From Camelus ferus (lineage: Eukaryota): 64,000 nt of DNA. A program made the position numbers and the translations under genes. The notes beneath the pieces are model-generated. The model saw only the letters and a program-made list of their open reading frames with translations. It did no database searches and was not told the DNA's origin. Of this stretch, positions 10,843-25,689 are shown piece after piece (position 1 is the stretch's first letter; every line of letters starts with the position of its first letter). The stretch lies in contig NC_045696.1 of the NCBI RefSeq assembly GCF_009834535.1, forward strand, positions 82,462,001 to 82,526,000, given 5' to 3'.

Positions 10843-13737
10843 TGTTGGTTTTCGAACTGTACTCCACAGCATCCTCTCAGGGGGACTGAGAGTGTGTGTG
10901 TGTGTAAGGGAAAGACAGAGAGAGGGATATTAATTTTTCCTTATCACTCATATATTTAAACCATTCAAAACTCAGCTAATTTAAGCTGTGTTTCAGGGAA
11001 ATCTTCCTTCTACTCAAACACAACTCATTAGCACCCTTCTCCTCCCAGCTGCCTGCTCCCTCCATATCCTTCTCCTTTCTCTCAAGGAAATTGGCCTGGA
11101 GGAAAAAAGTCAACTATATAAACTTTTTGAAGGTGGGATTGTAGTTAGAGGAAAGTGCAAATTTCATTTCATTTATTATTAGCAGTGGATTTTTCTTTTG
11201 AGGCCAATGACCAATCACGGGTAAGATCAGAAACAGATGGAAAAGTTTGCCCCTGTCAACTAACAGAACAGCGTTGGAGGGCATTTTTGACCTTTAACCT
11301 ACATGTGGCATATTATCAGTTAGATGTTGGAATTTGTGTGGTTTTAATCAGTATTATTTGTGTCTTTTGCATCTTTGCAATTCACAAAGTTCATATGGCC
11401 AAACACATGACGAGGACTGACTCTTCGTTTTGGGATGAGATTCCTTTTCAAGTCTCCTGGTTATGACGGGAGCCTGCAGATGAAAAGTAGTTCTGTGTCA
11501 GAAGAAGTTTTGTCAACTCACAGGCTCAGTGAGAACACCTTTTTGTTAGAGGCTTGACACCCAGGTCAAGGTGTGGTGAGAGGGTTTAGCAGCAAAGCTG
11601 CCTCCTATCAGGGGTGTTTTTGCTGGTCTGGTGCAGGACCACGGTTCTGGAACTCAGCATTCCCACACAGTCCAAAATTGCCATGTGAAAGGCCTGATGA
11701 ATTCTACCCAACAATCCATTCTTTGTGGGAATGAGGCATCCCTGGTTTGGCGTCTCTGCTGCCTTCCTCTTTTATAAACCCTAAAGGTGTTAGGGACTTC
11801 TGTGGAGAGTAGTTTTATATTTGGCAGAACCACCAAATTTTTTTTTTCCGGTTTTAAAAGAAATGGTTTTAAGCCCTAACCTACTCATCAACTCAGTTCC
11901 CTGCAGAGCTTTTGCCTTGGACTATTTTAAGCTGGGGGCTGGCTCAGGGAAAGGCCTTGTAAAACTCCAGGGTTGGTTTGAATTTGGGATTTGTGGCGAC
12001 ACCTAAGTGTAGGTGCCCTGCCACCTGGCTTTTAGCTCCATTCGAAGGGTCTTCCTGGCTTTCATGGTACATGTAATTTTGACCACTAATAACTTTAGAA
12101 AAGTCTAACGCTGGAGCGATTATTGCATAAATCTCCAGATGTAGAAATGGAGTTTTTGAAGTTTGATTGCATATTCCTAGCTGCAGTCCTAGGATCCTGA
12201 ACCACTGAATGAAAATATTGCAAAAGAAGAACGGAAGTACTGTAGAGTGTTTCTCAGGTTGGCCTTTCTACTCTACTTTCCAAATGAAGAAAATAATTAG
12301 TCCTTTTCCTCTATTTAAACATTTTGCCATTGTGTCTTGGAGCTCAGCCAAAAATAATCACCTGAAATTTTGTTTATGATTTGTTCACAAAAGTGGCCAT
12401 ACTTTTTAAAGGAGAGCAAAAAGAACATTTAAAGAATGTGTGAGCTCATTATGAGCCCAATATGTTTTAAAAACATTCAACTTGTAAACTCCTGAAATGC
12501 GGTTTATAATGGAAACACCAGCAGAGTTTCCTGGAGTGGACTGAGTCTACTAACTTCTAAGCCTTTTACAGACCTGGTTTCTCTTGTAGGAAGAAAGTTA
12601 TCTCGGCCTCTGAGTAACTGGTGTTTGTTTTTGGACATCTAGATGATACTTAGTATATTTTTGGGATATGCACGCATGTGGACTATTTACAGAAACTATG
12701 CCTAACTTCCTGTTATGTATTTAAATCCTTTTTTCATTTAAAAACTACAGTTGAATAATTCTTGGTTTTCTCTCCTATTTTGGCTTGGTTTTTAATCCCT
12801 TGAGGAACATTTAAAATCTGCTATATGTTAAATCTCTTGTTTTATTTTATTTTATTGTAAGTCAAGAGTTAGTTGTGCAGGATGTTATACACCTATAAAA
12901 TAAACTCTCAGTTGGCATTGTCTTAATTATAACTGTCCTTTAGTTGGCAGGCTTCTGCATGTATAAGAGAAAATCATAACGATATAGAGGCTTGTAACTT
13001 CTTGAATTTCTGTTCGAATGATCAAGGGATGATTAAAATATAATCAACATATTAATTTTGTTGTGGTGTTAAGTGTATTTGATTCTTTTCCTTTCCTTTT
13101 TTCCCACAAGTTACTCATTTATGTGTAATATAGCATCTGATCAACTAAGTCATTTCTCCACCATTTCCCGCGAGAGAATTGAGTATTTGCGTTATGGAAC
13201 ATTTGCCTGAAGCTTATATTGGGAGCAAGCCTATTCTTGTTTAAAAATTAACCATATAATAGCTTGTTCTTATCATATATTTCTCATAAGTAGGTTCCAT
13301 GGGATGCACTGTATAGCTCACCTGGATGCTTTTGGGTCTTCCCCTGTTGAATGTAACTCACTTGTGTTTCAGTTGGGCAAAATTACATGTAAGGTGTGAG
13401 GATGGGGTTTAACAGTTTTCTCAATGCCCTAAATGATGGAAGTGGAGTCTGAATTAATATGTCCGTGTCCACCAGGCCAAATGCAAGAATTTGACGTAGA
13501 CTCTTTCTAAAGCTACATATGTCATATCACAACTGACTTTATTAGGGAGTCACATATCACATTCAGTAAGTCATAGGCTGAACTGTGATGTTTCCAAAGT
13601 TCCTCATGTCTCTTTCCTTTGAGCTTCATGATTTCGATGCTTGTTCCCACACTTCCTATCTGGCTCATTTGGATCTATTTTTGTCTCCTATTTTCTTAAG
13701 ACCTGTTTCTTTGCTAGCTAATCCGATCCATTAATTC

Positions 13738-13925
13738 ATGATAATAATAGTGTCATTAGATACTTAAGAATTTATTATGCACCAGCTACTGTGTGGGTTG
13801 TTTTCCATATTCTGATGAAGAATATCATCACCCTTTTATGGGTGAAGACCCTGTAACTCAGGATCTGATGGTAGTTTAAGGTGGAGGTGGGATTCAAAAC
13901 CATGCTCTGTCTCTGATACAAAGCT
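13738..13925 (-). mobile_element. MIR SINE (diverged)
   Basis: ataataatag...tattatgcaccagctactgtg...ggtggaggtgggattcaaaaccatgctctgtct. Confidence 0.55.
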
Positions 13926-16900
13926 GTTTCAGCTGTGCTCTATGGAGATACTTTTTAAATTCCATCCCTCACTGCCCTCCACCCTTTCCTTCTCCCAAAT
14001 TTTCTTTTGATTCTTGTGTGAGATTAAAAACTTTTCATTTGTTTTACTACCAGATAAATATTTTTGAGACATTTTTGGACAGTTTTAGAACTTGCTGTTT
14101 ATTTCATATGATGCGAATTGCAGCTGAAAAGATGCAATTTCAGATAGATTGCATCTAATGCTAATTTGAAATTAGCATCTAATTTTAAAGTTTATTCAAG
14201 GATGTTGTTCGTTCATTGGATACTTTCAAACACTTAAATTATTTTCAGATTGGTAGCAGGACAATTAAAACTGGTGAAGAGGAAAAATGAGCTCTTTGTC
14301 CCCTTACCAAGAAACTTTTAATGTTTTTATTCTAGTAAAACCAATCAGGCAACCATACTTTGAAGTTCCGGAAAGGTTAATATTGGGTGTTTTTCTCTTA
14401 CTTATGGTTTCCTGCAAGGGCAAGAACTTGGGCAACTCTGGCTAGAGCTGGAAATACCAATTATCTGATGAGCTTGCTTGATTTTCAGCCTAAGTTTTTG
14501 TGCATATCCTGGCTTGGATAAACAGTAGACCACCATCCATGTTTAGTGTGTATTTATCTACCTAAAATGGCTAGCTTCTCACTGTATGTCTCCAGGCTTC
14601 CTTTAATGATAACAGGCTCCCATTTCATCATCCCAGGATTGGAACTTCAGGGTATTAAGTCTGTGTGTGTAGACATGGGCTCATGGGCTGTTTTGCCAAC
14701 TTCACCAAGAACTCAGAGTCAGAGACCCTGCCAAAGAGAGGTATTACAGTTTGTGGGGCAGGTTAAGTCACTCGGAGTGGTCAAATGTCTAGAGGTTAGT
14801 CTAAGACTATTGATGCAGTTCAAAATCGCAGGCTGTGTATTTGCTTATTCTACTTTTTTGAAAGAAAAAAGCCCAACATGACTCTTTAAAAACATCTGGT
14901 CTGTGCTTGCTCAGATATTGCCTGAATACGGTGCGTTTAGCAGTACATACATTGTCCTTCCCGCAGGCCACGTGATTCAAAGTTCTCCACGGGTCCTGGG
15001 TACAAGGCTGGGCCTGTCTTCATTGGTTTTCCTGAGCAGCTCTCCTTCACCTCCCTGGAGTTGTCACACAAAGACTCTTTTGTCAGGCAACATTGGACTC
15101 TCCTCAAAATCTAAGCACTTTCAGGAAAAGACTTGGAAGTCTATCTTCTCAGTTTCCACACCTCTTTGCCCTCTGTGCTGTCATTTAGTGTGACTGGTTG
15201 TTAAGCCCCCCACCCTGCTCCTTATCCAGTTCATTAGTGGATTGGATTATTACTGTATCTATCTTTCCAAACATATGTTGAATCATCTCCTAACAAGCCC
15301 CTGTCTTCTATTTTACTTAATCTTACACTTTGATAAGATTGAGATTTTCGTTACTTTTTAATGTCATGCTGAAGTTCAGTGAGATATTGAATCCTTCTTT
15401 TACCCTAGCTTGGAAACATCCCCCACCCCTAACCCTACACTTTACCTCCCCACTCCCGAACTCATACAAAACTTCTGTTTTCCTAGGAAACATTTTCTTT
15501 TTAAACTAGTGTGATTTGATATGCTCTACTTGAATAAGAAAAAAATGCTAATGTGTTTGACTAGTCCAATTTATATTCATAAAATACAGTCACAAAAGGA
15601 GACGCATTTCTTTAAACTAAGGTATTCATAACTATATGAAATTTATATTGGAAAGTTTATATTTAATTTAAGAATAGACTGTGGTCGTTCATGTTGTTGT
15701 TAGGTGGAAACACTAATTAATTTTATTTAATAGTCGGTTTTAGTTTTTAATTTTTTTAGGTTTTTTTTTCTGTCAAATGGCATTTTAATTGTTTATGTGC
15801 TATAGGGTGTTCTACCTACATCTCTTTTGTGCTCTGTGCATGGTTAACAGACATAAGGATTCAGCATCTCTGTGATATGAACACTGCAAGGCAATTGTGT
15901 GTAAGTGAAACTGATTCCCTTCCTACGTATATTGAAGATACTTTACTCATTATGAATTTGAATTCTGCTGAAAATAGTTTTCAAGGTAGAGATGCAATTA
16001 TATGGTGGTCTACATTGAGGAACTAAATAGGGATTTCAATTAATAATGCACTCTCAGCCCTGAGAGGTTTTACATTCACCCTGATCCGGGGCTATCCATC
16101 ACTGCCCAGGCTATGGTGGTCTCACCTCCCTCCTCCTCTTGTGTTCTGTGCATGCGTTCATCGGTATGCCTGAGGATGGCAAGTTCTTGGCACAACAGTT
16201 TGTACTGAAGTGCTTTTTTTCCTAAGGCCAGTGACACTGTTTCTGAAGACTAAACTTGCTCAGCTTTCAGAAGTATAATATTACAATTATATATAACATT
16301 TTAATGAATTAAAGTAATTATACCTTCTGAGAAAGTGGAGTAATTGTCAATAATGAGTTCCATCCAGTTATTAAGTTAGGATGCCCTATAATACCCTGAA
16401 TAACACAATTACTTTCAGTCAACTAATTTATCAGTTTATCTTGTGTTAGTTTTCAAAACAAACAGAATAGAAACAAAGTATTATTATTATTATTTAAAAA
16501 TTATTTCTAGTGAGCTAGTGTCTGATTGAAATGACTCTATGAATAAAAAAGATCTGTTTTTGAATTTGGATTTGAAGGTTTTTTCTTCAGTGTGCCAACA
16601 TTTATTTAAAATAATGTCTACTTTTAAAAAATATCCCCTCTCTGGTTTTGGCATTTGTGTTTCATGTAGAAGAATGGAGTCTCCATAGTATACGTATCCT
16701 ATAACCAAGTAACTGCATTTATATTGTTATAAATTTTTGAGGTTGGAATCTCAAGCTTTTAAATTAAATAACTACAGTTAACTGTATTAAGTGTAAGGTT
16801 GAATTTGATCAAAAATAAGAAAAGCATTTATGACAACCCCTGTAAATGTTTAAATACTTTAGTTGTGTTTGTGAGCATTAAATTGTATTATAAGAAGCCA

Positions 16901-17871
16901 GCATTGAGTATACCAGTTCCTCTGGGACACATTTGACTTTTGGGAGATAAAAAAAAATCTTGCATTAATGAAATTCTGCAAGTTTTTGATTTAGTAGACA
17001 ATGTTTCTAGTATATGTGAAGCAATTTTAAAGTGTACATATGTATAATTACTTGTAGAAACTGTTTAACTTTAATGGGGCATTTCTCGATCACATAATAG
17101 GGAAAACTAACAGCTTTAATTAAGATTTATGAAGCATAGAGGTAATATATTCTGCTAAATTAGGTAGCCATTGGTGGGTAGTGTGCTTTTAGAGGTGAAT
17201 TTTCTACGTATACTTCATTTCCTTGTGCATTTTTTTGGTTTAGAAATATAACTTGTAATATTGGAATCCCTACATCCATTAGTAGGAAAAAAACCCTAAG
17301 CTTTGTTTTCTTTTTAAACTTTTAATTAATGGTAATAATTTAATGATGGGCAGATACTATTAAACATTTTTTTAATGACTGATTTCAGGTGGTAGCCATA
17401 TGAGCCTGACTTGAGGGAAGGAAAGAAAATTCACCATTTCATTCAAACAACTGGTTAATTTGAAAGCTAGTGCTTAGAAACTGATGGTAGGACTTAAGTC
17501 AACCAATCAACCAATTCTTTTAACATAAAAAAATAGTTGGCGAAGTTAAACTGTTTCCCCCTCTCCCCTTGCCCTACCATTAACTTTGGAATGTGGATAA
17601 AACTTTTAGAGCCAGGCCGTATTATCTGTGTCTGTGTGCCCTGACAGGCCTGCGGTGCTGCCTTGTTCTTCGCTGTGCTGGTATGATTAGCGATGGATAT
17701 TCATAGAGTATCAACTCTGATGCTCAGGATAAGCTTTGTGATAAATGCCAGCAGTGTGAAATACCTGCAGACAGACTGGTGGGGCAGATGGGCCCCAGTC
17801 TCCCTTGTTTAGCCTGGTGAGGCTTGAGAAGGGCAGACAGAAGCTCCTTTTCTGCCAGTGTTCCTTTAGGG

Positions 17872-18030
17872 CAGCGGTTCTCCACCTTTAGCCTGGAAGG
17901 CCTGTTAAACTAGAGTGCTAGGCCCCAACCCAGAGTTTCTGACTCTGTAGAACTCAGGCGAGGCCCAAGGATTTGCATTTTAATTGAGTTCCCAGGTGAT
18001 ACTGATACTGCTGGTCCAGCTACCACATTG
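17872..18030 (-). mobile_element. MER5A (hAT-Charlie)
   Basis: cagcggttctc...cagagtttctgactc...atttgcattttaa...gttcccaggtgatactgatactgctggtcc matches reverse-complement MER5A. Confidence 0.88.
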
Positions 18031-20717
18031 TTAGGGAAGAGAAGTGAAAGTTAAAAGGAAGAGGAGGAGGAGGAGGATGGGGAGGAACTCTATCCTGTCT
18101 CTACCAAGCACAATCTTGAAAAAATTAATTTCACTGAGTTTGTCCCCATCTACAGAATGCAAGGTGAGGCTAGAACATTGCTGAATTTTCTTTCCTTGGC
18201 TCTAACACTCTGCACTGGTCATTTGACAAACATTTAGTGACTAATAAATAAATAAAGGAATACATACATATCTCAACTTTTTATACATATATATATTATG
18301 TTTTATAATTATTCACATATACTGTGTTTTATGTATACACACATATAAGCCCCATGAAATGTGTTTGCATATAAATATCTGTCATGTATATATAATCTGT
18401 CTATAATAATAGAAGGAGAAAAACTGGGTGCAAAGATGAGTAATACTTCATCCCTGCCCTCCAGGGAGGAGCTTCATTTTTACCCATAGGTGTTTCTGAT
18501 TTTAACTTAATAAGGTGTGATGGATATTCTAATGGAGTAGCTCAGAAAGCTGGGGAAGGGGTTCTTGGGGGAGGAAATGTGGTGATATAGGGAATAGACC
18601 CACATGACAGCATTAGTAGACCCAACAAATTCCATGCTTAGGAACATCATGGAATATTTGTACTTTAAAATTATAGTGGAATTTCCAAATAGCAGATTTC
18701 TAGAATTAGTGTGTATATAATTGTGGAAAATGTTGGCAGCTGTTTGGCTTTAAGTTCCCTGGTTGACACGGAGGGTGCCAAGGAATTTTAAGACAAGGAC
18801 TTTGACTCCAGCCAAGAAGGTAAGACTGTCACCAATGAAGCGACTAGAGAAGTTTAGCTTCTTAATTCCCTGGGGCTCAGTGGTGAGGGCTGTAGAATTT
18901 CAGGTCTGAAAGAAGCTAATGTACTTGGATGAAAGTCCCTGGTAAAGATGGGGCACTGGGGAAGGATTTGAGGGAACTAGAGAGAAGGGGAAGATGGGGT
19001 GAGGAGAGGATGGACATGGCGGGTGAGAGGTGGGAGAGGGCTTCTGTGAAGGTGCAGGGAAGATAATGTTGGCCAAGGAGACTGCAGTTGGCTGATGGAT
19101 AATGTGCGGGCCAGAAATAACGAAGCCTTCTGGCCTTGAGGCAGCCGCATCGCCTTTAGGCATGTGGACAGCACAGCACCAATGCCCAACTTTTGCCGGT
19201 GAAATAGCCAGTTTCTGGGAGCAGCAGACACCCTGGAATTTTTTTATCTCATGTTTTGTTTGGGTTTCTAGTGGTGTGTTTAGGGTTATTTGGGTTTGTT
19301 TCTGGCTGAGTGACTCTGAAGATCGTATTGTGAGGGATGAGAAGAGAGAATGGTTGAAAGGTGACTGCCGTGGACGGTAGAACAAAAGGGTCTGAGTCAA
19401 AGTCAGTCAGCTTTCTGTTCTCCTTCGGGAAGTGTAAACAGCCACCTCTCTTCAGTTGCTTGGTTTCTAGAAAAGGAAGGTGAACTGGGCAGGGACCAGG
19501 AAAACAACAGCGTTGGTTATACAAGAGTATTTGTTATGGAAAATTATTCTCTCTGCCGGTTCTGGGTCATCTGCTAGGAGGTAGAAAGCGCTTGTTTTCA
19601 ATGGAATTTTCCTTTTAGGAAAGAATTTTATCATATTGTTGCTGGAGACTGTGTTATTTGACCCATGGATTTGAATCTTTGTAATAAGGAACCCTCCATA
19701 TTATAACAGGTTCCTCTTTAATTTTGTTTTTGGTATGAGATCATCTTTTCAAATCCACACGTTGTATTGGTCCATTCAAGTGAAATAGGCGATTAGCACG
19801 GGTTAATGGCTATGTGTCATAACAATGTGATATCGCAGAAAGTGTGTGGGCTTTGGACTTAGCCAGATGGGGCCACTTGCTGTTCTTTGTCTTATAAATA
19901 CATGAGTGTCTAACCAGGAGCAGAAAACCCAAAGAGAAATATGCCTTCAGCCGTATTTGCTAAGCAGTACTCCTGAATTTCTCTGTCTGCTTTGTGCCTT
20001 GGACCCTTGACTGTCCAATTGTTCTGGGACTCCTCAGTCTGCAGGCTGCAAACTACCCGCAGGAGGTTACTTTTGGTTTTGTTAAGCCACCATTTCCTTG
20101 AGTTCGAGAATGACTAAACCCACATTTTAAACTGGAGTCATATCAAGTTTACTACATGATTAATTGAAGCATAATTGCATGTAAAATAATAAATGATGTA
20201 CCAAGTGATTCTGTTATTTATTTCCAGTTCCTCCCCACTAATAAGTGAGAGGATGGAGAAGATTGCCACAGTTCTGGTGGGGTCTGGAGTCTTCTAATTC
20301 CCAGTGAAGTAGTATCCCATGCCGTTTTTGTTTTTCAGTTGTTCCAGATGAGGAAGTTGGCATCCTTGTATCAGACTGCTTGTTAGCACAAAGCTAGTGC
20401 TGAGATATTTGCTCAGTTTCCCTTTGATTAGGGAATCTTTATCAACCGTTTTCTCTAGCAATGTCTGCAAAAGTTCTGCTATTGGTTGTTGTCGTCCTCG
20501 ATTGTACTCTGCATTATACTATGCTGCAGGGGTGGTAGAGATGCTTTCTATTTTGCCGCCTTTAGTAGAAACAGTAACTTCCAGATTAGTGTCTTAGCTA
20601 AAAAACTGATTCCATGCCAGGCAGACATGTGAGCACCTTGTTACTTCTGGTTTAATGCTATTAAATATTCCTTCTAGCTGCAGCAGCTGAATCATTTTAA
20701 TGTACAGTTGTTTCCCA

Positions 20718-20862
20718 TCCACTGTCAAGTGGCTGTGTGAAGACTTTCAGAAACCTCAGTTTTCCCTTGTGGGACAGGGGCATAGTAAGAACCCCACCAC
20801 TGATTTGTCGAAGAAGGGGCTTTAAATAATGCATGGAAAGGACTATACCTGACATACAGGAG
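20718..20862 (+). mobile_element. MIR SINE fragment
   Basis: gctgtgtga...cctcagttttcccttgtgggacagggg...taaataatgcatggaaag...cctgacatacagg. Confidence 0.6.
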
Positions 20863-21879
20863 AGATTAAAAAAAACAACGAATCCTTCCCTTGTACCTAC
20901 ATGATGGGCCTGAATCTCAGAGAAAAGGATCTCTGCTAACTTACTCAGACTCGCCATTTCTTGTCTTCTTAACAAGTGGGTCTCTGAAAACCACCCCAGG
21001 AAGGACATTCTGCACTAACCATCCCTCTGCGGGAGCACATTTGGCCAGTCACGCTCGCTCACCAGCGAGGACACTGAGACTTGTTCTACTGGAGCACAGA
21101 TAACTCAAAATATCTGCTGTCTTTGTTATTGTTCTTATTAAACCTATTTTAGCTTCCTTATTCATCTCGGTATTTACCCCACTGCCTAGAAAAGGCTTCC
21201 CAACTTTCATACTTATTTATCACACAAGTAGATTTTCTCCAAGAAATGTGGCACATTTCAAAGATATATTGGTGAAAACTGATACTTACTTAGAGGGCTT
21301 TTTGGCCCTTGTTTATAAATATGCAAAACAAAACCAAACTTTACTTGAGTGAACAAACAAATCTGTTGTTTATCTGCCTCTGGTTCAGGTATAGAATAAA
21401 ATGGAAAATGCGGGGATGAACAGTTCTAAGACCAAAGATGCTGAGAAGGGACTGTGGTGAATAACAGAGAAGATGAAGAGGAAATGCTCACATTTTAAAC
21501 AACCAGGGCCCTGCAAGTAGGTTGAATTGGTATCTTCAGTGACAAAAGAGTAGTGGTGATTTCAGGGGTAGTCATGGGAAACCGGCTTAGACACATTAAT
21601 TTTTCTTCAGAAATTGCGTGTGAACACAGACATGTTAATGTAGGTAGATGGTTATGATGGCTATCTTTATAGGCAGATAGATGAATGGGTTTTTTTTTTT
21701 TTTTTGTATGTGAGTCAGAATTGCAGCTTAGTTATGAAGGTGGGCAATACCTTGGTTTGACCGTTGCGGGACAGGCCAGGTTAAACCCAGAGCTCATTGT
21801 ACTGACCAGCTATTCTGCAATAAATCAGGGGGGATTGGCAAATGGAGGGAGTGGAAATAGTGCCATATTACATGGCATG

Positions 21880-22035
21880 AGATAGAATCATAAAATGCTG
21901 GAGCTGAGGGACCATTACAGAGTGTTTTTTCCATCCACGTCATTTTACGAATGAGGAAACAGAGACCCCGAGGGGCAGCACGAAGTTCCCAGGACCAGCA
22001 GTGACTGATAAAGTCGAGAGAAGAATCTGCGCCAG
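21880..22035 (-). mobile_element. MIR3/MIR SINE
   Basis: agaatcataaaatgctggagctgaggggacc...cattttacgaatgaggaaacagagacccc. Confidence 0.75.
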
Positions 22036-24064
22036 CGTGATGCCTTCTTGGTTTCCAGGGAGGTGCAGGGATGTGGGATAACCAAATCTGACCTATTGTC
22101 AATCGATGAGGTTTTCAGTCACTTCTTACAGATAAGAATAGTGATGCTACTCATCTTTGTATCTCTCGTGAAGCAGGAAAGCTGTGTGTCTCCGGGGGAC
22201 GCTGACAACATAGGTGAATATCCCGGGGCTTTCACCTCCATCTTCATTTAATGTTGAGTAAAGAGAAAAATAGTCCACACGTTAATAGCATGGAATTTAT
22301 TATTATTTCTCCCAAACTTGGAGATTTGGGAGGCAAAACGAGGGGAATCATTTGGATTAGCAATTTTCAAATGCTACCACACAGCTATTTGAGTAGAGTT
22401 TATACTCTGAATTTTCACAGTTGAGAGCACAAGATATGGTAGACCTAAAAATTGAGGTATGGAACACTCATGCTTTTTTTTCTCTCTAATTGGGCATTGT
22501 GGTTCTTGAAGAAAAGAAAAGAAAAAAAAAAAAAAAAAAAACTCATGCATTTTATCTACCTACAAGATGCCAGAATTCACATTTCTGTAGGAGATGTACT
22601 ATATTTTTCAACTCTGAGAGTCCAATGTTTTAAAATGAAAAAGCCCAATTCATATATAAATATCAAAGAATACCTTCTTTGACTCAATCCTTGCTTGCCA
22701 ATGTGCCCTTTTATGAGATAGGCCCATTTGTCATGCGGGAAAGCAGGATTAATTAACTGTGGAAAAGGGACCTAATATGGAAACTGTGAGTTCTAAAATG
22801 TTTCCACATAAAATACAGGAAAAGAAGTATAGATGAGCCTAGAAATCAGTGTAACTTTTTTTTTTCTTCAGAGAGCTTAAAAAAAATCTCTATATCACAC
22901 AAATCAAACAGCCTATTATACTCACAGTCTTCCCATATGTCTGACACAGAAGCAAGCAAGGAATGTGCTTCATTTCCACATAAATTGTGTGGTTTTGAAA
23001 TTCAGTTCTCTTCACCCTTGAACTCTGGTGAACGTGTCACTTGTGTGCCTAACAAGATGGCAGAACTTTTAATGGGAGGAATCATGGAAGCGGAGAGCCA
23101 CATAATGTTATAGCTTACGAAGGAATCAAAACAAAACAAAATAAAAATCACCCCACAAAATCTCTATAGAAAAATGAAAAAAAAATTTCAAAAGGAGTTG
23201 CCAAAGAGAGATATATATAAGCCACTGCAGCCTTGAGGAAGTCGTCATTTATGAGCCAGCAAGCCACTCTATGTTTATATGTTGTTATTTACTCTGCTGT
23301 TTGAGAAAATGAACATCTCTGTTGAAAACTTCAATATTATATAGAAGATACAGCAACTACTTCAAAGATTAAAAGATACTCTATGCATTCAAATGTGTCT
23401 TTATGTAATTTTATTTTGCTTAATACAAATCATAAAGATTCTTTTCTATTCATTTGTAATTTTCTTTTGGTTTCTGCAAATAAAATGTGGTCCAGAGAGC
23501 AACAATTTGAATTGTCATGCCAGTTAAATTAACAAATTGATCTGGAACTGCATGGAGCTTACACTTATCCCTGGCTACTTCTGGAGCTGAATCTTTCAGA
23601 CCAGCATTTAATTTTGGCTAAAGGGATTAATTTAAATGTGATTTTTACCCCCTGGTAGGTGAATAATAGGACTTTTCAAACAAATAGAAAAGTGCATTTT
23701 TTAAAATACAAGACACAGAGATGGAACCAGAAAGCCTTTGTCCCATGAAGCATTAGACTATGATGCTGTGCAAAGCAATGCTTTCCAACCAGATAACCAG
23801 ATCAGTACAGTCTCCCAGTGGCACTTGGAGCTGTATCTGTTGGCTTTACACTTCCCTCCTCAGTATCTTATAGGCTCCAGGGTCAGGTCTTTGTGTAATT
23901 CCTGTACAGGATATTAGAAAGAAAAGAATGAAATCCGACAAATATTTGGATCTCCTCCACTCTCTCCTCTTTTGTTCTGCAAGGTGCCAAATAACTAGTT
24001 TGACTGATTTCCCCAACCTGCATTGCCCTGACTAGTTGTTTGAATTGGTCAATTCAGCAGGTGA

Positions 24065-24085
24065 TGTGTGTGTGTGTGTGTGTGT
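24065..24085. repeat. (TG)10 microsatellite
   Basis: Seen directly. Confidence 0.95.
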
Positions 24086-24349
24086 TCATGTGGTAATGAG
24101 CCACAATCCTTATAGAAGAATCCATGCCATCACAATGTAAAAAAAAAAAAAAAATCTATTACTGTTTTCTGAGTATTTACTGTTTTTAGGTAAAAGAAGT
24201 GATTATAAGAAAGATTTGGGTAATTCCGGGTTTTTTGGGAAACATTGCTGAATCAAAACACAGGATGGTCATTTCTCTGTTCTAGGAAATACTGAGAAGT
24301 CAAAGCATGTGAAGTGCCTGGCAAAAAACAGATGCTCAATAAATACTGG

Positions 24350-24560
24350 ACTCAGGCTGTGGAACGCTGGCCCTACCTTTTATTAGCTGTGATACTTGGA
24401 GCAATTATCTAACCTCCTTTTGCCCCAGTTTCCATATCTGTAAAGTAGGGAGTAATAATTGCACTTTTAAGGTTATTGTGAGAGTTAAATAAGTTAATAC
24501 ATATTAGGTGCTTAGAACAGGAACCAGCATATAGTCCTCAACAAGCGTTACTTGTTATTT
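24350..24560 (+). mobile_element. MIR SINE (preceded by a short L2/MIR 3' tail at ~24312-24348)
   Basis: tagctgtgatacttggagcaattatctaacctc...cagtttccatatctgtaaagtaggg...ttgtgagagttaaataagttaatacat...gcttagaacag. Confidence 0.85.
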
Positions 24561-25689
24561 ACCAGTACTGTGATTTCTTCTTCTACTTTTACTGCAGCAG
24601 CACCAATATCAACTGCTGGTTCCCAGTAAATGGGACACTATCTTTAAAAGCCAGTGTACAGAGAGTGTCATCAGATGGTTATGCTTTAAGAACTGCTCAA
24701 ACTGAGAAATTTCACTTGTGTAACTGGTCAGATCGAGCTTTATTATCACATAGACATAGAGATCTATTAAAATAGACAGATAAACAATCAGAACTCAGCC
24801 CCCTGTCTGGTTAAGAGAAGAATCTAAACTCAAATTATATGTTCTTTGGGGAATGTTACAAGGCAGATGCTTTTTTGGGATCTAGTGAATCACAAGTGGA
24901 CACCCATATAACAATGAATTGACAAATGGTAAATTAAAACTTTCTTGCCAATGTATTCTTCTTCAAGCCAGATTTTATTAGCCTGAACCTTAATAATATC
25001 AGTGTTCAACTATTCCTTAAGGAGGGTTGGGAAAATTAATGTTGGTAAACTTTCCAGAGGTATAATAGCCGTGCAAAATAGTATTGTTATTTATATTACA
25101 CTGCAAATCTGTGCCCAAGGCAATAAATAAATTATGCTAACAAGATGGAAACTAGTTTTTGGCTTTAGATACTTAAAATATAAAGGTATGGGGAAACTAA
25201 AAGGAGAAATTCAAATGCGCAGTGTGGTTTATAATGTAAAAAAGTTTTAAAATTAGGTAGTATGTTTATAAAATTCTATGGTTTCTCATGATGCCTTCTG
25301 CCTGGGGATCAGACATTCTCACTGCCATTTTACTTGCAGAGAAGTGGATAGAATAATGTAGCTTTAGAACTACTTACTGATTAGACAGATATCTGGAAGT
25401 TCTGGAAATGAAAATATTAAAAAAAAAGGAATTGAAGCAATTATTCTGTGTGGGACTATTGGTTTTATTTAAACATTTTCCCCCTTTTGATACACCCTGG
25501 TGCAACTTGCTGATTGTACATATTCTTTCCTAGGAATATAATAGGAAGAGGAAGGACAAGAAGTTAGAATTAGTATGGGTTTGCATCCAAGGGTACAGGA
25601 CCACCTGAGAATGATCCTAACATTGTTTTCTTATCTGGGAGAATTAAAAAAATGTTATTCCTAAGCAGCACTCAACAAATCTATTGACT

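Noticed and set aside
12548..12620. Perfect branch point TACTAAC followed by cttttacAG (similar cases near 10246 and 40274)
   Set aside because: Several TACTAAC copies are expected by chance in 64 kb, and the downstream donors are weak, so no exon is supportable.
18730..19400. Purine-rich segment with overlapping ORFs
   Set aside because: Probably a degraded L2 remnant or low-complexity sequence; neither a repeat family nor coding potential can be supported.
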